A DNA stretch of 62,773 nucleotides from a virus. Lineage: Duplodnaviria > Caudoviricetes. The translations under genes and the position numbers were made by a program. Positions 10,691 through 20,028 of the stretch are shown here, one piece after another. Each line of letters opens with the position of its first letter. Position 1 is the stretch's first letter. The stretch spans positions 1-62,773 of the IMG/VR virus record IMGVR_UViG_3300025168_000084. One strand, 5' to 3'. Below the pieces are notes generated by a model. That model saw only the letters and a program-made list of their open reading frames with translations. It ran no database searches and had not been told where the DNA came from.

Positions 10691-11239
10691 ATGTTACACT
10701 TTACAAAGTCTAATAAACCTGTAGGAAATCAAATTAACCCTGATCTTAACATCTGTATTGTAAAAGAATCACAATCTGGTGAAAAAACATGGTATCACGC
10801 TAAAAATATTGTTACAAATGACGGAGACTTATTCTATGCACAACAAGCAGTAGGAGAAACCCCAACAAGTGACTTTGACGGTTCAAGTGGCAGAATGGAA
10901 CTCAGAACTGGATCAGCAACACCAGCAAAAGCAGATACTTATCAACAAGTAGCAACACCAATAACAGCATCAAGAAAAGCAATAGATTCCAATTATCCTA
11001 AAACAAATGACGGAGATTCAGATAATACAGGGGCAGGTACAGATATTGTAACTTGGCTAACAAGTTGGACAACTGGAGACTTTAACTCAAACGCTATCAT
11101 AGGTGGTTGTATTCATGTTGGAGCAGCAAGTCCAGCAAATGCAACAAAATTACTAACACATTTTTCAATAACCAGCTTTGATAAAACAGCAAGCGACACA
11201 TTAAAGATTTTCGTAAATCATACTTTCAACGGAGTATAA
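10691..11239 (+). CDS. Virion structural protein heading the second fibre operon
   Basis: KNIVTNDG…FDKTASDTLKI, paralogous to 8686..9147; own TATA (TTTAAATA at about 10658). Confidence 0.55.
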   Translation: MLHFTKSNKPVGNQINPDLNICIVKESQSGEKTWYHAKNIVTNDGDLFYAQQAVGETPTSDFDGSSGRMELRTGSATPAKADTYQQVATPITASRKAIDSNYPKTNDGDSDNTGAGTDIVTWLTSWTTGDFNSNAIIGGCIHVGAASPANATKLLTHFSITSFDKTASDTLKIFVNHTFNGV

Positions 11240-11243
11240 CCCT

Positions 11244-11366
11244 TTGCCTAAAGGCATTTCAATGGGTGGTTTGTTTAAACTACTAGAGAAACTTAATCAT
11301 ACTCCACAAGAAGGTTTAAATGATAAGGTACAAACAAAAGAAGATGTGGTGGTAAAACTTGGCTAG
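11244..11366 (+). CDS. 40-aa hypothetical microprotein (not in ORF track)
   Basis: TTG-start ORF MPKGISMGGLFKLLEKL… fills the gap and overlaps the next start. Confidence 0.4.
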   Translation: MPKGISMGGLFKLLEKLNHTPQEGLNDKVQTKEDVVVKLG

Positions 11367-12579
11367 AAAAGCACTTTATAAACACGCAACACAGGTTAAT
11401 ACTTCATCTTACCCAGATGATGGAACAAGTCCTGTAGGATCTAATGAATGGAACGCTGATCCTGATTCACAAGGAATGTTGGGTTTTGCACCAGCAAGTG
11501 CAACAGTTACAATAGCAAGTGGAGTTGCAACAGTTACAGATACAATTACAGTTGTAGCAGCAGAGTCAAGTACAAGTGATACTTTAGATAAACTAGCAAT
11601 AACAAATACAAGTCAATATGATTTGATATACTTGTTTGCAGATACAGGAGATACTATTACATTAACAAACACATCAAGTCCTTCAGCAGATGGTCAGATT
11701 AAAACAGTAAGTGATTCAAATGAAACTTTGTCTTCAACCGTTCCAACAATCCTAATTAGAAAAGGAAATCATTGGTATGGATATGGTGGTGGAGTAGTCA
11801 ATGCAGTCAGTGATATTGGAGATGTAACTATATCAAGTATAGCAAGTGGTGAATTATTAAAATGGAATGGATCTGCATGGATTAATCAAACTCTAGCAGA
11901 ATCAGGAATAGCCCCAGCAGCAGGCTCATCTAGTATTACAACAGTAGGAACACTTGGAACTTTATCAGTAGACAATTTAACTATAGATTCAAACAAAATA
12001 GAAGCAACAAATACAAACGGAGACATAGAATTAGATTCAAACGGTACAGGAGTTATTAAGGTATTAGGAAATACAAATGACGGTGCAGTTACACTTAACT
12101 GTACTTCCAACAATCATGGTCAAACCATCAAATCACAACCACATTCAGAATCACAAACAAATACAATGTTATTGCCAAAAGGTACAAGTTCTACATTGGT
12201 ATCATTGGTTTCAACAGATACTTTAACTAATAAAACATTAACAAGTCCTGTAATAAATGTTACAAGTGATGCAGATGGTGATATTTATTATCGTGCTAGT
12301 GGTAGTTTTGCAAGATTAGCAAAAGGTACAGCAGGTCAAGCATTAAAAATGAATAGTGGAGCAACAGCACCAGAATGGGCTGCTGGTGGTGGAGGTGCTA
12401 CAATAGTACATCAATTTGCTAATACTACTACTACAAATTATGCTGGTACTGCTTCATCATTTGGAACTGTTGGAGCAGGTGATCGTGACATTTATATTAA
12501 AAAAATAGATGCTAATAATGAAGGTGTCTTTACTAAAATTTGGAAAAACGGATCTGCTGTCGAAGTACAAATCGCTTGA
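11359..12579 (+). CDS. Tail/virion fibre protein
   Basis: Fibre motifs DIGDVTISSIASGELLKWNGSAWIN, TDTLTNKTLTSP and GDIYY…ARLAKGTAGQAL..NSGATAPEW. Confidence 0.75.
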   Translation: MARKALYKHATQVNTSSYPDDGTSPVGSNEWNADPDSQGMLGFAPASATVTIASGVATVTDTITVVAAESSTSDTLDKLAITNTSQYDLIYLFADTGDTITLTNTSSPSADGQIKTVSDSNETLSSTVPTILIRKGNHWYGYGGGVVNAVSDIGDVTISSIASGELLKWNGSAWINQTLAESGIAPAAGSSSITTVGTLGTLSVDNLTIDSNKIEATNTNGDIELDSNGTGVIKVLGNTNDGAVTLNCTSNNHGQTIKSQPHSESQTNTMLLPKGTSSTLVSLVSTDTLTNKTLTSPVINVTSDADGDIYYRASGSFARLAKGTAGQALKMNSGATAPEWAAGGGGATIVHQFANTTTTNYAGTASSFGTVGAGDRDIYIKKIDANNEGVFTKIWKNGSAVEVQIA

Positions 12580-12588
12580 GGTTTTAAA

Positions 12589-14187
12589 TTGGCGATAACT
12601 TATCACGCAGGTAGAAGAATACAAGCAGTTCCAAATGAATATAAAGTACATGAATTTACAAGCTCAGGCACATTAGCTGTCACAGGCTCAGGAGATATAG
12701 AGTATCTCGTTGTTGCAGGTGGTGGTGGTGGCTACTGTGGAGGTGGAGGTGCAGGTGGAATGAGAACAGGCACACTATCAGTATCAGCAGGTAACAAAAC
12801 CGTAACAGTAGGAGCAGGTGGATATTCAGGTCAATGTAATGTCAATGGACATGGGAATAACGGTGTAGGTGGAAATTCAGTTTTTGATTCTATAACTTCA
12901 ACAGGTGGAGGTTTTGGTGGAGGTGGAGGAGCTGCCAACAATACAGCAGGTGGATCATCAGGTGGAGCTGGTGGTAATTACACTTCCAATGGTGGTTATC
13001 CTCAAGATTCTGTTACACCAAATCAAGGAAATAACGGTGGTGCATCAGATGGAAACAATAGTCAACGTGCAGGTGCAGGTGGAGGAGCAGGGGCAGTAGG
13101 TGGAAATGCTACAGCAGGTGTAGCAGTTGGTGGAGATGGATTAGCCTCATCAATTAGTGGATCATCTGTTATTTATGCTGGTGGTGGTGGGGGAGGCTTT
13201 GCCAACTCATCATCAGGAACAGGAGGTCAAGGTGGTTCAGGTGGAGGTGGTTCTGACGGAGCAGCAGGTACAACAAATCTTGGAGCAGGTGGAGGAGGTC
13301 ATGATAATTCTGCAAGAGCAGGTTATGGTGGCTCAGGTATTGTAATTGTAAGATATTTAACAAGTAGTGGAATAACAGCAACAGGTGGAACAATTACTAC
13401 AGTAAATGCTCATGATGCTAGACCATTAAATGTCCAATTAGGAAGCAGATTGGAAGAAACCGATACAAGAAAGATGTATTATTATTCTGATCCGTTAAGT
13501 GTTGATGATGATCTAACAAGTGACAAAGGATGGGTATCAAACACAGCAGATTGGACTTACAATGCAACAGGCGATTACATTGACTTTGCAACAGTTAGAC
13601 GAAGTACAACTGCACAGCAAATTTACCTTGATGTTCAGGATTCAGATTACTTGGGAAGTGGAAACAACCTATCTGATACAGTATGGACAGCAAGATTCAA
13701 GATAAGAACAGGAGCAATATCAAGTTCAGGAAATGTATTACTTTATCTAGGATTTTCAAACAATCTAGGAGATTCTGGAACAACACAGCAATCAGCTTGT
13801 ATGTGTACTAATGTCAATGGAAATGCAAATGAAAATAATATGTCATTACAGGTATCAAGAGGACAATTTGAAACAACAAGTACACCTGCAAGAGTAAGAG
13901 CTGATGTGTTATCAAACACCAATTTACCATACAATACAGATTTGTATATGGAAATGATCAGAGATGGAGATACATTTACACTTAAAGCATATACAAATGA
14001 GTACGTTTCACAAACAGGAGTAACAGCAACAGCAACAGTAACAGGTATTTCATCATTAAGATATATCAAGGCATTTATCGATTCGGAACAAAACGGAAAC
14101 ACTTCAACAGGAGCTAGGTTATACGACATGAAAATTTACAACGGAGTAACATCAACTAATACAGCATGGAAGGAGCTTGGAACATGA
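12589..14187 (+). CDS. Modular adhesin A (Gly-rich domain plus lectin-like domain in a short scaffold)
   Basis: YKVHEFTSSG…EYLVVAGGGGG…GSGIVIVRY Gly-rich domain; scaffold segments AGRRI, RPLNVQLGSRLEETDTRKMY and WKEL. Confidence 0.7.
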   Translation: MAITYHAGRRIQAVPNEYKVHEFTSSGTLAVTGSGDIEYLVVAGGGGGYCGGGGAGGMRTGTLSVSAGNKTVTVGAGGYSGQCNVNGHGNNGVGGNSVFDSITSTGGGFGGGGGAANNTAGGSSGGAGGNYTSNGGYPQDSVTPNQGNNGGASDGNNSQRAGAGGGAGAVGGNATAGVAVGGDGLASSISGSSVIYAGGGGGGFANSSSGTGGQGGSGGGGSDGAAGTTNLGAGGGGHDNSARAGYGGSGIVIVRYLTSSGITATGGTITTVNAHDARPLNVQLGSRLEETDTRKMYYYSDPLSVDDDLTSDKGWVSNTADWTYNATGDYIDFATVRRSTTAQQIYLDVQDSDYLGSGNNLSDTVWTARFKIRTGAISSSGNVLLYLGFSNNLGDSGTTQQSACMCTNVNGNANENNMSLQVSRGQFETTSTPARVRADVLSNTNLPYNTDLYMEMIRDGDTFTLKAYTNEYVSQTGVTATATVTGISSLRYIKAFIDSEQNGNTSTGARLYDMKIYNGVTSTNTAWKELGT

Positions 14188-16259
14188 CCATAGAATACAA
14201 AGACTCTAAACGAATTGTTGGGTTGTCAACTGATACAGTAGGTTTATCTTTTGAAGATGATTACACCAGCAATACAGGGTGGACACAAACAGGTTCTAAA
14301 GTAACGGTAGATTCAGGTAAATCAGATTGGGTTGATGCAAACGCTGCTGCAACCAATGATTCATTACAACAGGTAATAAAATCATTAGGTATAACATTAA
14401 GTGATACAGCATGGACAGCAGATTTTACTTACATTAATAATGGTGGAACAGTTGGTGGTTATCCATTTGTATTTCAAAGTGGAACAGGCAACTATGATTC
14501 TGCAAGTAATGATGCAATAACAATGTCAGAAGATAACCCCAATAAAATTAAAATTAATACAAAGAATGGTGGAAGTTATGTCGCAGGATCATCAACCATA
14601 GCAGTAAGTTCAGGAACCACATATTATATTAGAATACAAAGAACATCGGCAACTGATATTAAACTTTCTGCATTTACTGATTCTGCAAGAACAACTCATA
14701 CAAGTGGTTCTCCTGTAACTGCAAGTAACGCAGGTATAGCCAACATAACAGGATTGACCTATGTGCAACACCAAAATCAAACAACAGGTGGTGGTGGAAC
14801 TTCAAACTTTGAGATAACTGATCTTAAAATTTATAATAATTTAACATCAATAGAATCAAAACCAACTGATGTTCAAGACAATTCTATCATGGTAGAGAAA
14901 GATACAGGTAGAAGATATTGGTTTACAAGTGGTGCTTTTTCAAGTATTAGTGGATTAACAGCATACTATAATTTTGAAGAAACCACAGGCACTATGACAA
15001 ATCAGGCTAGTGCAGTAGGAAGTCCAGATCAAATTACAGCAGATGGAACTTTTGAAAGTTATGGTGGTTCTTCGCCTAGTAGAACATCAGCAGGTAAAAT
15101 AGGAACATATTCAACATTCTTTTCAGGAACAGCAGATGGAACAGGATCAAGATATAATCTAAGTGGAAATCCAATGCCAAGTGCAAGTAATGCAGATTTC
15201 ACAGTTTCATTATGGTTAAAGGGTGGAAGATCAAGTGCAACAAATACACTTCTAGGTTGTTATCCAAATGGTTCAGATTGGCAAATTACTTGGAATCCGG
15301 GTGTAAGTATTAATTTTTATCTTGGTTCAAATACACAATGGGCTTACAGTTTTAGTACATCAGATTGGGTTCATATTGTTGTCCAAAGAGATTCAGGAAC
15401 TTATAAATTATATTGGAATGGCACATTTAAAGCTATTTCAAGTGGTTCATCAGGTACAGGTGCATTAACAGGAAACCCAAGTATAGGTTCTGATCCGGGT
15501 TCAGGATCAAATAGAGAGGTTATGGGTGGAAATATAGACGATATGAGTATTTGGAATCGTGTTCTTACACCAGCAGAAATTGCAATATTATACAATGGTG
15601 GAACAGGTAGAGCAGTAAGTAAATCTTCTTGGACATATCCACCAACATATACAGGGAATTATTCTTCTACATCAGGTTGGACACAAGCAACTACCAATAC
15701 TGCCAATAGTGGAACTGGATCTCAAACAGTTGGAATTGACGGTGGCTGGGCATACGCAAACAGCACAGGTTCAGCAAATGGACAGTTCGTACATACATCA
15801 CTTGGAATAACTCTTAATGATACAAAATGGGTTGCAGATTTTGAATATTATAATATTGGTGCAGTTAATATGTACCCATTTGTCTTGGCAGCAGGTACAA
15901 GCTCATCATGGGATTCGACACAGGATATGGTATCAGTTGTAGAAGCTGGTACAAATGTGTTAATGATAAGATACAGAGATGGATCAAGTCAAGCAAACTC
16001 ATCAGCATCATCTACAATGTCAACTAACACATCATATTTTTGTAGATTAATTCGTGACGGTCAAGTTTTAACATTGAAAATGTACACTGATTCTGCAAGA
16101 ACTTCACAACATGGTTCTGACATAACTGTTACAATTTCAGGTTCAGTAACAGGGCTAACAACATTACACCACAGTGGAATTACAGGTGGTGGAGCTACAA
16201 GTGGATATAATTTCAAAGTAAGAGGAACAGAAATTTACAACGGAGTAACATCAGTATGA
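14184..16259 (+). CDS. Modular adhesin B (two lectin-like repeats plus LamG domain)
   Basis: Likely start is ATG 14184 (ATGA overlap). LamG motif AYYNFEE…GNIDDMSIWNRVLT; two GWTQ…IYNxxTS domains. Confidence 0.7.
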   Translation: MTIEYKDSKRIVGLSTDTVGLSFEDDYTSNTGWTQTGSKVTVDSGKSDWVDANAAATNDSLQQVIKSLGITLSDTAWTADFTYINNGGTVGGYPFVFQSGTGNYDSASNDAITMSEDNPNKIKINTKNGGSYVAGSSTIAVSSGTTYYIRIQRTSATDIKLSAFTDSARTTHTSGSPVTASNAGIANITGLTYVQHQNQTTGGGGTSNFEITDLKIYNNLTSIESKPTDVQDNSIMVEKDTGRRYWFTSGAFSSISGLTAYYNFEETTGTMTNQASAVGSPDQITADGTFESYGGSSPSRTSAGKIGTYSTFFSGTADGTGSRYNLSGNPMPSASNADFTVSLWLKGGRSSATNTLLGCYPNGSDWQITWNPGVSINFYLGSNTQWAYSFSTSDWVHIVVQRDSGTYKLYWNGTFKAISSGSSGTGALTGNPSIGSDPGSGSNREVMGGNIDDMSIWNRVLTPAEIAILYNGGTGRAVSKSSWTYPPTYTGNYSSTSGWTQATTNTANSGTGSQTVGIDGGWAYANSTGSANGQFVHTSLGITLNDTKWVADFEYYNIGAVNMYPFVLAAGTSSSWDSTQDMVSVVEAGTNVLMIRYRDGSSQANSSASSTMSTNTSYFCRLIRDGQVLTLKMYTDSARTSQHGSDITVTISGSVTGLTTLHHSGITGGGATSGYNFKVRGTEIYNGVTSV

Positions 16260-16513
16260 GCCAAGAATACTATGACCATTTGAACGCAGGGGAAAAATAT
16301 ACCTGTGACAAATGCCAAACAGCAACACTAGGAGCTCACGAATATGACCAATATATCAGGTTTCAATATCATTACTGTGATCTATGTTGGAACTACATAC
16401 ACCTAAAGAAAGGAACTTGTGATTCATGTGGTAGCAGTATGACCAATAGAAGTGAGAATAAAAACACTTCTGTTTTATGCAGTTGTGGAAATGAGGTTGA
16501 ACTGAAATGGTAG
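16256..16513 (+). CDS. Cys-rich Zn-finger protein within the adhesin cassette
   Basis: CDKC, CDLC, CDSCG and CSCG motifs; overlaps both neighbouring genes. Confidence 0.6.
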   Translation: MSQEYYDHLNAGEKYTCDKCQTATLGAHEYDQYIRFQYHYCDLCWNYIHLKKGTCDSCGSSMTNRSENKNTSVLCSCGNEVELKW

Positions 16514-17580
16514 AATGGCTAGCTGGAAATCGTATTAGTGGTACAACTGCTGAAAGACCTGCTTTGAGTTTGGCAAGTCCAAGCGTAGGTGGGTGGAAAG
16601 AAATTGCTAGAGCTACACTAGGAAGTGCAGCAGGTAACTTATCAAGTGGAACATTTACTGCTAAAAAATATCTTTGGTTGCAGTATTTTGTTAAGGGTAA
16701 TGCTGTTGGAAGGCAAAAAATTCAGTTTAATGGAGATACAGGTTCTAATTATAATTTCAGATATAGTGGAAATGGTGCAAGTGACGGAGATGCTGGTGGA
16801 GCAGCAAATAATATTAACGCAACATATTCCAATGCTAATAATGATAAATTTGGTAGTTTCTTTATAGTTAATAATTCTGGAAATGAAAAATTATTAATGG
16901 GCAGTTCTATGGAAACTACTGGAACAGGAGCTTCAAATGTGCCGAATAGAACGGAAGTAGCAGGCAAGTGGTCTAATACATCAAGTCAAATTACAAGTAT
17001 TAATCTATGGGCAGATGGTGGTGGATCATCTTTTGGCACAGGTACAGAGGTTGTTGTATTTGGATGGGATAATACTGACACACATACTACAAACTCTTGG
17101 GAAGAATTATACTCTAATGAATTATCAAGTAATAATCAAGAGTTTTCAACAGGTACAATATCTGCTAAAAAATATCTTTGGTTGCAGTTTTATCAGCAAG
17201 GTCATACTGGAAACACTTATTTAAGATTTAATGCTGACTCAGGTGGTAATTATAATAGGACACATTCAATTAATGGAGCTTCTGATGCTAACGTTACGTC
17301 ACAATCACAATTAACAAACGTATTAACTGGAGGTACAGGAGATCATCACTCATTGACAAATATGTTTATTGTTAACACTTCTGACAAAGTAAAATTAATG
17401 ACTTTTATGACAGCATTTAACGCAGGTAGTGGATCAGGTGCTTCAAATGCTCCTCAACATATTGAAGGTGCTTGTCAATGGGCAAACACATCAGCACAGA
17501 TAACAAGTGTGCAGGTAACAGATAACGGTGGTGCAGGTTTCGATACAGGTTCAATTTTTAAAATATGGGGGCATGACTAA
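16507..17580 (+). CDS. Modular adhesin C (two tandem beta-sandwich repeats)
   Basis: Scaffold start MVEWLAGNRISG; two repeats sharing AKKYLWLQ…FNxDxGxNY…WxNTSxQITS. Confidence 0.65.
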   Translation: MVEWLAGNRISGTTAERPALSLASPSVGGWKEIARATLGSAAGNLSSGTFTAKKYLWLQYFVKGNAVGRQKIQFNGDTGSNYNFRYSGNGASDGDAGGAANNINATYSNANNDKFGSFFIVNNSGNEKLLMGSSMETTGTGASNVPNRTEVAGKWSNTSSQITSINLWADGGGSSFGTGTEVVVFGWDNTDTHTTNSWEELYSNELSSNNQEFSTGTISAKKYLWLQFYQQGHTGNTYLRFNADSGGNYNRTHSINGASDANVTSQSQLTNVLTGGTGDHHSLTNMFIVNTSDKVKLMTFMTAFNAGSGSGASNAPQHIEGACQWANTSAQITSVQVTDNGGAGFDTGSIFKIWGHD

Positions 17581-18152
17581 TGGTTTGGGCTAAAGCAACT
17601 AGTGTGACAGCATCATCATCTCCAATTTCAAGTGGCACATTTACAACAGGAAAAATTTTACAGGTAATGTGTTATTTAGATAGTAATGGAACTATACAAG
17701 ATGGATTAAGATTAGGAAATGGTTCAGTAGATACAGGTTCTAATTATGCTTTTAGTGCTAATACAAATGGTGGCTCTACTTCTACATCACATACACAAAA
17801 TGATATTGGGGATTTTTCTAACATTGGAAGTGGTCAATTTATGAATATGTTTATTGCCAATGTCGCAAGTCAGGAAAAATTATTAATATTGAATATTAAT
17901 GAGGGAAAAAGTGGTTCAGGTACAATTCCAACAAGATTAACTGTAACTGGAAAACTTGTTAGTACAAGTCAAATAAACATTATTGAATGGAGAAATGTAG
18001 CAGGTGGAGGAGATTATGGATCTACTACAAATATATCAGTATTAGGTAGTGACGGTGTGCAATCAATGACAGTTCAAGACGGTGCTGTATATTATGATAC
18101 TGACTTGAATAAGGAATATGTTCTAAACAATGACACTTGGACTGAGTTATAG
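17580..18152 (+). CDS. Modular adhesin D (third repeat plus scaffold C-terminus)
   Basis: Repeat homologous to adhesin C; ends VQDGAVYYDTDLNKEYVLNNDTWTEL; TAATG stop-start junction with C. Confidence 0.65.
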   Translation: MVWAKATSVTASSSPISSGTFTTGKILQVMCYLDSNGTIQDGLRLGNGSVDTGSNYAFSANTNGGSTSTSHTQNDIGDFSNIGSGQFMNMFIANVASQEKLLILNINEGKSGSGTIPTRLTVTGKLVSTSQINIIEWRNVAGGGDYGSTTNISVLGSDGVQSMTVQDGAVYYDTDLNKEYVLNNDTWTEL

Positions 18153-19459
18153 TGGCAGTAGTACCAAAAGTTTTTCAAACCAACATCTTTCAAGCAAATG
18201 CATTTCAAGGTGAGTTTGGAGACTATGCGTTTCAAAGAAGTATATTTCAAAAAAATGTATTTGATGTAAGGTTAATTCTAATTAAACTCATTACTGAAAC
18301 AGTACAGTCAACTGAGTCAGCATTAAAGAGCAGAACTATGGTTAGAACATTGAATGAATCTGAGACATTGGCAGAGTTTGATGGACTTATCAAAGCAATA
18401 TTACTAGCAGTAACAGAAACATTATCATTATCTGAGACTTCTTCTCGTCACAAAGGCATGTTAAGATATGCTGCTGAAACACTTCAAACAAGTGAGAACA
18501 GTAATGCATTAAGAGACATGGTTAGACTTATCAATGAATCTGAAAACACGACTGAAAATATTACAAAGATAAAGAATATACTTTTGTCAATTACAGAGAC
18601 AGAGAATCTAAATGAAACTGCAAACAAGTTAAAGACATTACTCAAAATGATTAATGAAAGCGAGCAAACGTCAGAAGCATTTAGTCAGTTAAGAGACATG
18701 GTTAGACTGTTCAATGAACAAGTTTCATTATCTGAAAATACCAATAAGAGTAGGACAATGTTTAGAGTATTGAGTGAAACTGTACAGCAATCTGAAGTTG
18801 TACCTAGACTAAAAGGAGTCATTAGAAGCATAGCAGATGTATTGCAGTTATCAGAAACAAGAAATCCAAATAGATTAAGAAACAGATATGTCAATGAAGC
18901 TGAATCCATAGCAGAGTTTGATGGAAGTGCTAGAACAATGTTCAGAGTCATAGATGAAACGTTAAGAATTAGTGAATCAATATCAAGACTTAACAAGTAT
19001 CTGGTAAGAGTCAATGAAACTGTACAGCAATCCGAAACTGTCAAGAAATCCAGAACAATGTTTAGAGTAATTAATAATAGTTTGAGTTTGAGTGAGATTG
19101 TCAACAAGTCTAGAACTATGGTTAGAACAATCAACAACAGTTTGAGTTTGAGTGAGGTAGCAAACAAGTCTAGAACTATTGTTAAACGTATATCTGAATC
19201 ATTACAATACTCAGAAATTATTGTTAAGACAGATCACTTGATCAAACTTGTAACTGAATCATTACATATTTCAGAATTTAATGGAGACAGAATCCTTTCA
19301 CTTGTTAGAATTGTAAATGAAACATTGCAAATTGGAGAATCATTACAAAAGATAAGATGGGCTATAGTAAACATAACCAGATCTGTCAGATTAAACGTAT
19401 CATCAACTACTGCTAAACTCAGTAAAGGCTCAGATACCTCTAAAGGAGATAGTAGGTAA
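18152..19459 (+). CDS. Repeat-rich fibre/stalk-like virion protein
   Basis: About 20-aa repeats (R.[IL]NE....SE…SRTM); near-tandem 60-bp DNA units at about 19070-19180; FQxxxFQ N-terminal repeats. Confidence 0.6.
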   Translation: MAVVPKVFQTNIFQANAFQGEFGDYAFQRSIFQKNVFDVRLILIKLITETVQSTESALKSRTMVRTLNESETLAEFDGLIKAILLAVTETLSLSETSSRHKGMLRYAAETLQTSENSNALRDMVRLINESENTTENITKIKNILLSITETENLNETANKLKTLLKMINESEQTSEAFSQLRDMVRLFNEQVSLSENTNKSRTMFRVLSETVQQSEVVPRLKGVIRSIADVLQLSETRNPNRLRNRYVNEAESIAEFDGSARTMFRVIDETLRISESISRLNKYLVRVNETVQQSETVKKSRTMFRVINNSLSLSEIVNKSRTMVRTINNSLSLSEVANKSRTIVKRISESLQYSEIIVKTDHLIKLVTESLHISEFNGDRILSLVRIVNETLQIGESLQKIRWAIVNITRSVRLNVSSTTAKLSKGSDTSKGDSR

Positions 19460-19490
19460 TCTTTTTAACTAATGGCAAGTGATATATGAT

Positions 19491-19844
19491 ATGTCAATGA
19501 ATCTAAAAGGTAGAAATATCGAGTTTATAGTCAAAGCAGGTGCTAGATCTAACGTTGTAATCAATATTGCTGATGCTTCAGGCGTGGCTAAGAACCTATC
19601 TGATACTTCTACTTACGCTACTGCTAGATGGAAGGTATGGAAACCAGATGGTACTAGTATTATCAATGGTGCAGCAACATATTCTAACAGGTCAACAGGT
19701 GAAATATCATATCTGTTAAGTGCTACTGATACTGTTATTGCAAATGCAGGTATATGGGAAGGTGAAGTTGAGTTGTTAAATTCAAGTGGTGTAATGACAG
19801 AACAGTCAGAAACTTTTAATTTTACCATTGAGGAGAGTTACTGA
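19491..19844 (+). CDS. BppU-like fibre attachment/adaptor protein
   Basis: GEISY…DT..AGIWEGEVEL…FNFTIEE motif; likely start ATG 19491, 29 nt after a TTTTTAAC box. Confidence 0.6.
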   Translation: MSMNLKGRNIEFIVKAGARSNVVINIADASGVAKNLSDTSTYATARWKVWKPDGTSIINGAATYSNRSTGEISYLLSATDTVIANAGIWEGEVELLNSSGVMTEQSETFNFTIEESY

Positions 19845-19996
19845 TGGGATCTATAAAAATTCTAGTTGGTGGAGAATGTAAGGACTGTGGACACTCACAG
19901 CAAACTCATGAAGACAACAATGGATGTGTACACCCAATGCCTGAAACTGGAGAAGTCTCAGAACCATGTGGTTGTGAAAAAATAGGTTCATACTAA
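19844..19996 (+). CDS. 50-aa Cys/His-rich microprotein (not in ORF track)
   Basis: MGSIKILVGGECKDCGHSQQTH…GC…CGC; TGATG coupling with the upstream gene. Confidence 0.6.
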   Translation: MGSIKILVGGECKDCGHSQQTHEDNNGCVHPMPETGEVSEPCGCEKIGSY

Positions 19997-20028
19997 ACAT
20001 ATATATAGCACGACATATCTGTTAATTC

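Noticed and set aside
9870-13330. GGTGGT-rich low-complexity DNA as a regulatory repeat or G-quadruplex
   Set aside because: Explained by glycine codons in fibre proteins.
12589-18152. Diversity-generating retroelement acting on adhesins
   Set aside because: No reverse transcriptase, and no roughly 100-bp template/variable repeat pair differing at adenines; repeats are short and exact.
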